NCBI GenBank assembly: GCA_965218295.1
Contig: CBDCKN010000001.1
Span: 1-64,000 of the forward strand
Source of the DNA: Longimicrobiales bacterium
GTDB taxonomy: Bacteria; Gemmatimonadota; Gemmatimonadetes; Longimicrobiales; Gaopeijiaceae
DNA length: 64,000 nucleotides
Direction of reading: 5' to 3'
Position numbers and translations under genes: made by a program. Positions 60,496 through 64,000 of this stretch are shown piece by piece (the stretch's first letter is position 1; the number at the start of each line of letters is the position of its first letter). A model generated the notes under the pieces. That model was not told the DNA's origin, ran no database searches, and was given only the letters and a program-made list of their open reading frames with translations.

Positions 60496-60845
60496 GGCTG
60501 CTAGGCCTCGTCAACTACTGGATCTTCATCTTCCTCATGATGGTCGGGTTCTACATCCTGATCTCCCGAGGGAACCTCATAAAGAAGATCGTGGGGCTGA
60601 ACATCTTCCAGACTGCGGTCTTCATCCTCTACATCAGCATGGGCAAGATCCAGGGCGGGACGGCGCCGATCCTCACGGAGGGTGACGTCGTGTACTCCAA
60701 TCCGCTTCCCCACGTCCTCATCCTCACCGCCATCGTAGTGGGCATCGCCACCATCGCCGTGGGCCTGAGCCTGATCGTCCGCATACACGAGGCGTATGGG
60801 ACCATCGAGGAAGACGAGATCCACAGCCAGGATCTCGCCACGTGA
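60492..60845 (+). CDS. mrpC: Mrp subunit C
   Basis: NLIKKIVGL, NPLPHVLILTAIVV. Confidence 0.92.
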   Translation: MRLLGLVNYWIFIFLMMVGFYILISRGNLIKKIVGLNIFQTAVFILYISMGKIQGGTAPILTEGDVVYSNPLPHVLILTAIVVGIATIAVGLSLIVRIHEAYGTIEEDEIHSQDLAT

Positions 60846-62323
60846 CGCATCATCTCCCGGTACTGCAGGTCGTCATCCCCCTGCTGGCGGCCCCGGTATG
60901 TGCGCTAGTGCGGAACGCCAAGGCTGCCTGGGCCATCGCCCTGGCCACGACCTGGACCGCGTTCTGGATCGCCCTGCAGCTTCTGGCCCGCGTTCAGGCC
61001 GAAGGCACCATCAGCTACGAGCTGGGCGGGTGGGTAGCTCCGTACGGGATCGAATACCGCATCGATCTGCTGAACGCCTTCGTGGTGGTGATCGTAACGG
61101 CCATTGGCGCCATCGTGACGCCCTTCGCGAAGCAGAGCGTGGAGCGCGAGCTGGAGGGGTCCAACATCGCCCTGTTCTATGCCGCGTTCATCCTCTGCCT
61201 CACGGGGCTCCTGGGAATTGCCGTCACGGGAGACGTCTTCAACGTCTTCGTGTTCCTCGAGGTGTCGTCACTCTCGGCGTACGCGCTCATCGCCATGGGG
61301 CAGGATCGCAAGGCGCTGACCGCGTCGTTCCAGTACCTGATCATGGGCTCGGTGGGGGCCACGTTCATCGTCATCGGCATCGGCCTCATGTACGTGATGA
61401 CCGGTACCCTGAACATGGCCGACCTGGCGGCTCGCATCCCGGAGGTGGGCGCCAACCGGACGATCCCGGTGGCGTTCGGGTTCCTCACCGTTGGGATTAG
61501 CCTCAAGCTGGCGCTCTTCCCGCTCCACCTGTGGCTCCCCAACGCCTACACGTACGCTCCGTCCGCCGTCACGGCCTTCATCGCATCGACCGCCACTAAA
61601 GTGGCGGTGTACATGCTGCTCCGCTTCTTCTTCACGATCTTCGGGCCGGTCTTCTCCTTCGACGTCATGCAGCTCGATCTCGTGCTGCTGCCGCTGGCCC
61701 TCGTCGCCATCTTCAGCATATCTTTGGTGGCGATCTTCCAGCGAAACGTGAAGCGGATGATGGCCTATTCCAGCGTGGCCCAGATCGGGTACATGATCCT
61801 GGGGATCAGCATGGCCTCGGTGACGGGGCTCACGGCGGGAATCCTCCACCTGTTCAACCACGCCATGATGAAGGGTGCCCTCTTCATGGCGCTGGGCTGC
61901 GTGATGTACCGGGTCGGCTCCGTCAACATCGAGGCCATGCGGGGCCTCGGGAGGCGCATGCCCTGGACCATGGCCGCCTTCGTCGGTGCGGGCCTCAGCC
62001 TGATCGGTGTGCCACTCACGGTGGGCTTCATCAGCAAGTGGTATCTGATCACGGGAGCCCTGGAGCAAGGCTGGTGGCCTGTTGCGTCACTGATCCTGAT
62101 CACGTCCCTGATGGCTCTGGTCTACATCTGGCGGGTGGTGGAGGCGGCCTACTTCCACGACTTCCCGGATGACGAGGACCACACGGTCCGAGAGGCGCCC
62201 CTCGGCCTCTTGGTACCCACCTGGGTCCTGGTCGCCGCGAGCTTCTACTTCGGCATCGACGCCTCCTTCACCACCGAGGCGGCGGGAGCCGCCGCCCGGA
62301 CGCTCCTGGGGGTCGGACCATGA
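60842..62323 (+). CDS. mrpD: Mrp subunit D
   Basis: GDVFNVFVFLE, KLALFPLHLWLP, KRMMAYSS, NHAMMKG. Confidence 0.92.
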   Translation: MTHHLPVLQVVIPLLAAPVCALVRNAKAAWAIALATTWTAFWIALQLLARVQAEGTISYELGGWVAPYGIEYRIDLLNAFVVVIVTAIGAIVTPFAKQSVERELEGSNIALFYAAFILCLTGLLGIAVTGDVFNVFVFLEVSSLSAYALIAMGQDRKALTASFQYLIMGSVGATFIVIGIGLMYVMTGTLNMADLAARIPEVGANRTIPVAFGFLTVGISLKLALFPLHLWLPNAYTYAPSAVTAFIASTATKVAVYMLLRFFFTIFGPVFSFDVMQLDLVLLPLALVAIFSISLVAIFQRNVKRMMAYSSVAQIGYMILGISMASVTGLTAGILHLFNHAMMKGALFMALGCVMYRVGSVNIEAMRGLGRRMPWTMAAFVGAGLSLIGVPLTVGFISKWYLITGALEQGWWPVASLILITSLMALVYIWRVVEAAYFHDFPDDEDHTVREAPLGLLVPTWVLVAASFYFGIDASFTTEAAGAAARTLLGVGP

Positions 62324-63798
62324 CGCCTGCCCTGACGCCGGCCATGACGTCCGGGCTGATCGTCGTCCTGCCCCTGGTGGGAGCGGCACTCATCCTCGTC
62401 CTGGGCAGATGGCCCAACGTGAGGGACGGGGCGGGCCTCATCACGTCAGCGACCCTCTTCGGCCTGGTCCTCACTTTGGTGGACCCGGTAAAGAGCGGGC
62501 TGCGCCCCGAGCTCGCACTCGTAGAGGTGGTGCCGGGAATCGAGCTGGCGCTCCACGTAGAGCCGCTGGGCCTTCTCTTCGCCCTGGTCGCGTCGTTCCT
62601 CTGGATCGTTACGGCGTTGTATTCCATCGAGTACATGCGCGGGCACCACGAGGAGAACCAGACCCGCTTCTACACCTTCTTCGCCATCGCTATCGCGGGT
62701 GCCATGGGAGTTGCCTTCTCGGCCAATCTCTTCACGCTCTTCGCCTTCTACGAGGTCCTGACGCTCTGCACCTTCCCGTTGGTCACGCACCACGGCACGG
62801 AAGAGGCCAAGCGCGCCGGCCGCGTGTACCTGGGGATCTTGCTCTCGACCTCGATAGGCCTCCAGCTCTTCGCGATCATCTGGACGTGGCAACTGGCCGG
62901 CACGATGGACTTCACCGAAGGCGGCATCCTCGCTGGGACGGCAAGCGACGGGGTGCTGAGCGTGATCCTGGTCCTCTTCGTCTTCGGGGTGGGGAAGGCC
63001 GCCGTCATGCCCTTCCACCGCTGGCTCCCCGCGGCCATGGTGGCCCCCACGCCGGTCTCGGCGCTGCTGCACGCTGTTGCCGTGGTGAAGGCGGGGGTGT
63101 TCACGATCCTGAAGGTGGCGGTCTACGTCTTCGGCATCGACCTGTTGGGGGTTCTTGCCAGCACCACGTGGCTGGCCTGGGCGGCGGCGGCCACCATCCT
63201 CCTCGGCTCGCTGGTGGCGTTCACGAAGGACGACCTCAAGGCCCGGCTGGCCTACTCCACCATCAGCCAGCTCTCCTACATCGTCCTCGGCGCTCTCTTG
63301 GCCAACGAGTGGGGGATCATCGGTGGCGGCATGCACATCGTCATGCATGCCTTCGGCAAGATCACCCTCTTCTTCGCGGCGGGGGCGGTGCTGGTAGCCG
63401 CCCATGAGACGGACATCAGCCGCATGAGCGGGCTGGGCCGCACCATGCCCATCACCTTCGGTGCGTTCTTCGTGGGCTCGCTGAGCATCGTCGGCGTTCC
63501 ACCGGCGGGTGGAGCCTGGAGCAAGTGGTTCCTGGGGCTTGGTACGCTGGAGGCGGGGCAGGTGGGCCTGCTGGCGGTGCTCATGGTGAGCTCACTGCTG
63601 AGCCTCGTCTACCTTCTGGAGGTGCCCGTCAGGGCTTTCTTCGGCGCCCCTCCGGAAGACGCCCACCGTGGTGAGGGCATCCACGAGGCGCCCTGGTCGT
63701 CACTGGTGGCCATAGTGATCACCGCGCTGGCCACGCTGGGTCTGTTCCTGAACCCCGGTCCGTTCTACGAACTGATGACGATGGTGATTTCCCCGTGA
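62320..63798 (+). CDS. Second MrpD/MrpA-like antiporter subunit
   Basis: FYE, KAAVMPFHRWLP.AM.APTPVSALLH, LAYSTISQ. Confidence 0.9.
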   Translation: MTPALTPAMTSGLIVVLPLVGAALILVLGRWPNVRDGAGLITSATLFGLVLTLVDPVKSGLRPELALVEVVPGIELALHVEPLGLLFALVASFLWIVTALYSIEYMRGHHEENQTRFYTFFAIAIAGAMGVAFSANLFTLFAFYEVLTLCTFPLVTHHGTEEAKRAGRVYLGILLSTSIGLQLFAIIWTWQLAGTMDFTEGGILAGTASDGVLSVILVLFVFGVGKAAVMPFHRWLPAAMVAPTPVSALLHAVAVVKAGVFTILKVAVYVFGIDLLGVLASTTWLAWAAAATILLGSLVAFTKDDLKARLAYSTISQLSYIVLGALLANEWGIIGGGMHIVMHAFGKITLFFAAGAVLVAAHETDISRMSGLGRTMPITFGAFFVGSLSIVGVPPAGGAWSKWFLGLGTLEAGQVGLLAVLMVSSLLSLVYLLEVPVRAFFGAPPEDAHRGEGIHEAPWSSLVAIVITALATLGLFLNPGPFYELMTMVISP

Positions 63799-64000
63799 GC
63801 AAGCACATTTCACACGGCCACGGCGCTTCGACCGACGAGCGGCAGCACGTCTGGGACAATCCCCGGAACGTGAAGCTCCTGTTCAACGTCTTCTACGCGT
63901 GCTGTGTCATCCTGGTCCTGCTGGACTTCGTGATCCACCGGCACAACGTGCACGACTGGGAGAACCTGCTCGCCTTCTACCCGCTCTACGGGTTTGTCGG
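63795..64000 (+). CDS. Small membrane protein of the Mrp operon, truncated by window end
   Basis: GTG overlaps the previous stop; open to the window end (WDNPRNVK..FY..LDF..FYPLYGFV). Confidence 0.7.
   Translation, partial: MSKHISHGHGASTDERQHVWDNPRNVKLLFNVFYACCVILVLLDFVIHRHNVHDWENLLAFYPLYGFV

Noticed and set aside
1..64000. CRISPR array or cas genes
   Set aside because: No regularly spaced repeat-spacer array; the repeats are dispersed. The Cas4-like Fe-S nuclease motif belongs to AddB.
1..64000. Many long antisense or alternate-frame ORFs in the track (e.g. 1443-2816 minus, 49877-51373 minus)
   Set aside because: They overlap well-supported genes, are Arg/Pro/Gly-rich and lack motifs; typical high-GC shadow ORFs.
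1..64000. Selenoprotein with in-frame UGA
   Set aside because: TlpA has Cys-x-x-Cys, the broken genes change frame rather than read through TGA, and I saw no UGA+SECIS candidate by eye.

Overview
GC-rich bacterial chromosome segment, probably Gemmatimonadota (inferred from gene content and order and the tmRNA tag ANNELALAA; not verified). It is mostly housekeeping: PTS (IID, HPr, EI, PtsN), metK, recO, selB, dusB, tmRNA, DUF1800/DUF1501, lspA, two glutamine synthetases, MscS, CorC-like, a sensor kinase-addB-addA-pncB-pncA run, M14 peptidase, mlaEFD, an Omp85/protease/beta-propeller fusion, TlpA, DSD1-like PLP enzyme, heptose kinase, RidA, deoC-ALDH, tRNA-Sec, lpxH, lptE and an Mrp antiporter operon. 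Several genes carry frameshifts that look like sequencing indels. The most unusual signals are non-coding. (1) A family of palindromic ERIC-like miniature elements, four of five supplying the TAG stop of the adjacent gene. (2) A TACGTA-N17-TACGTA dyad present four times, mostly next to rearrangement scars, with two direct copies bracketing glnA and tRNA-Sec. (3) A decayed island after tmRNA bounded by 49-bp direct repeats. (4) A candidate leader peptide/terminator attenuator upstream of the second glutamine synthetase.
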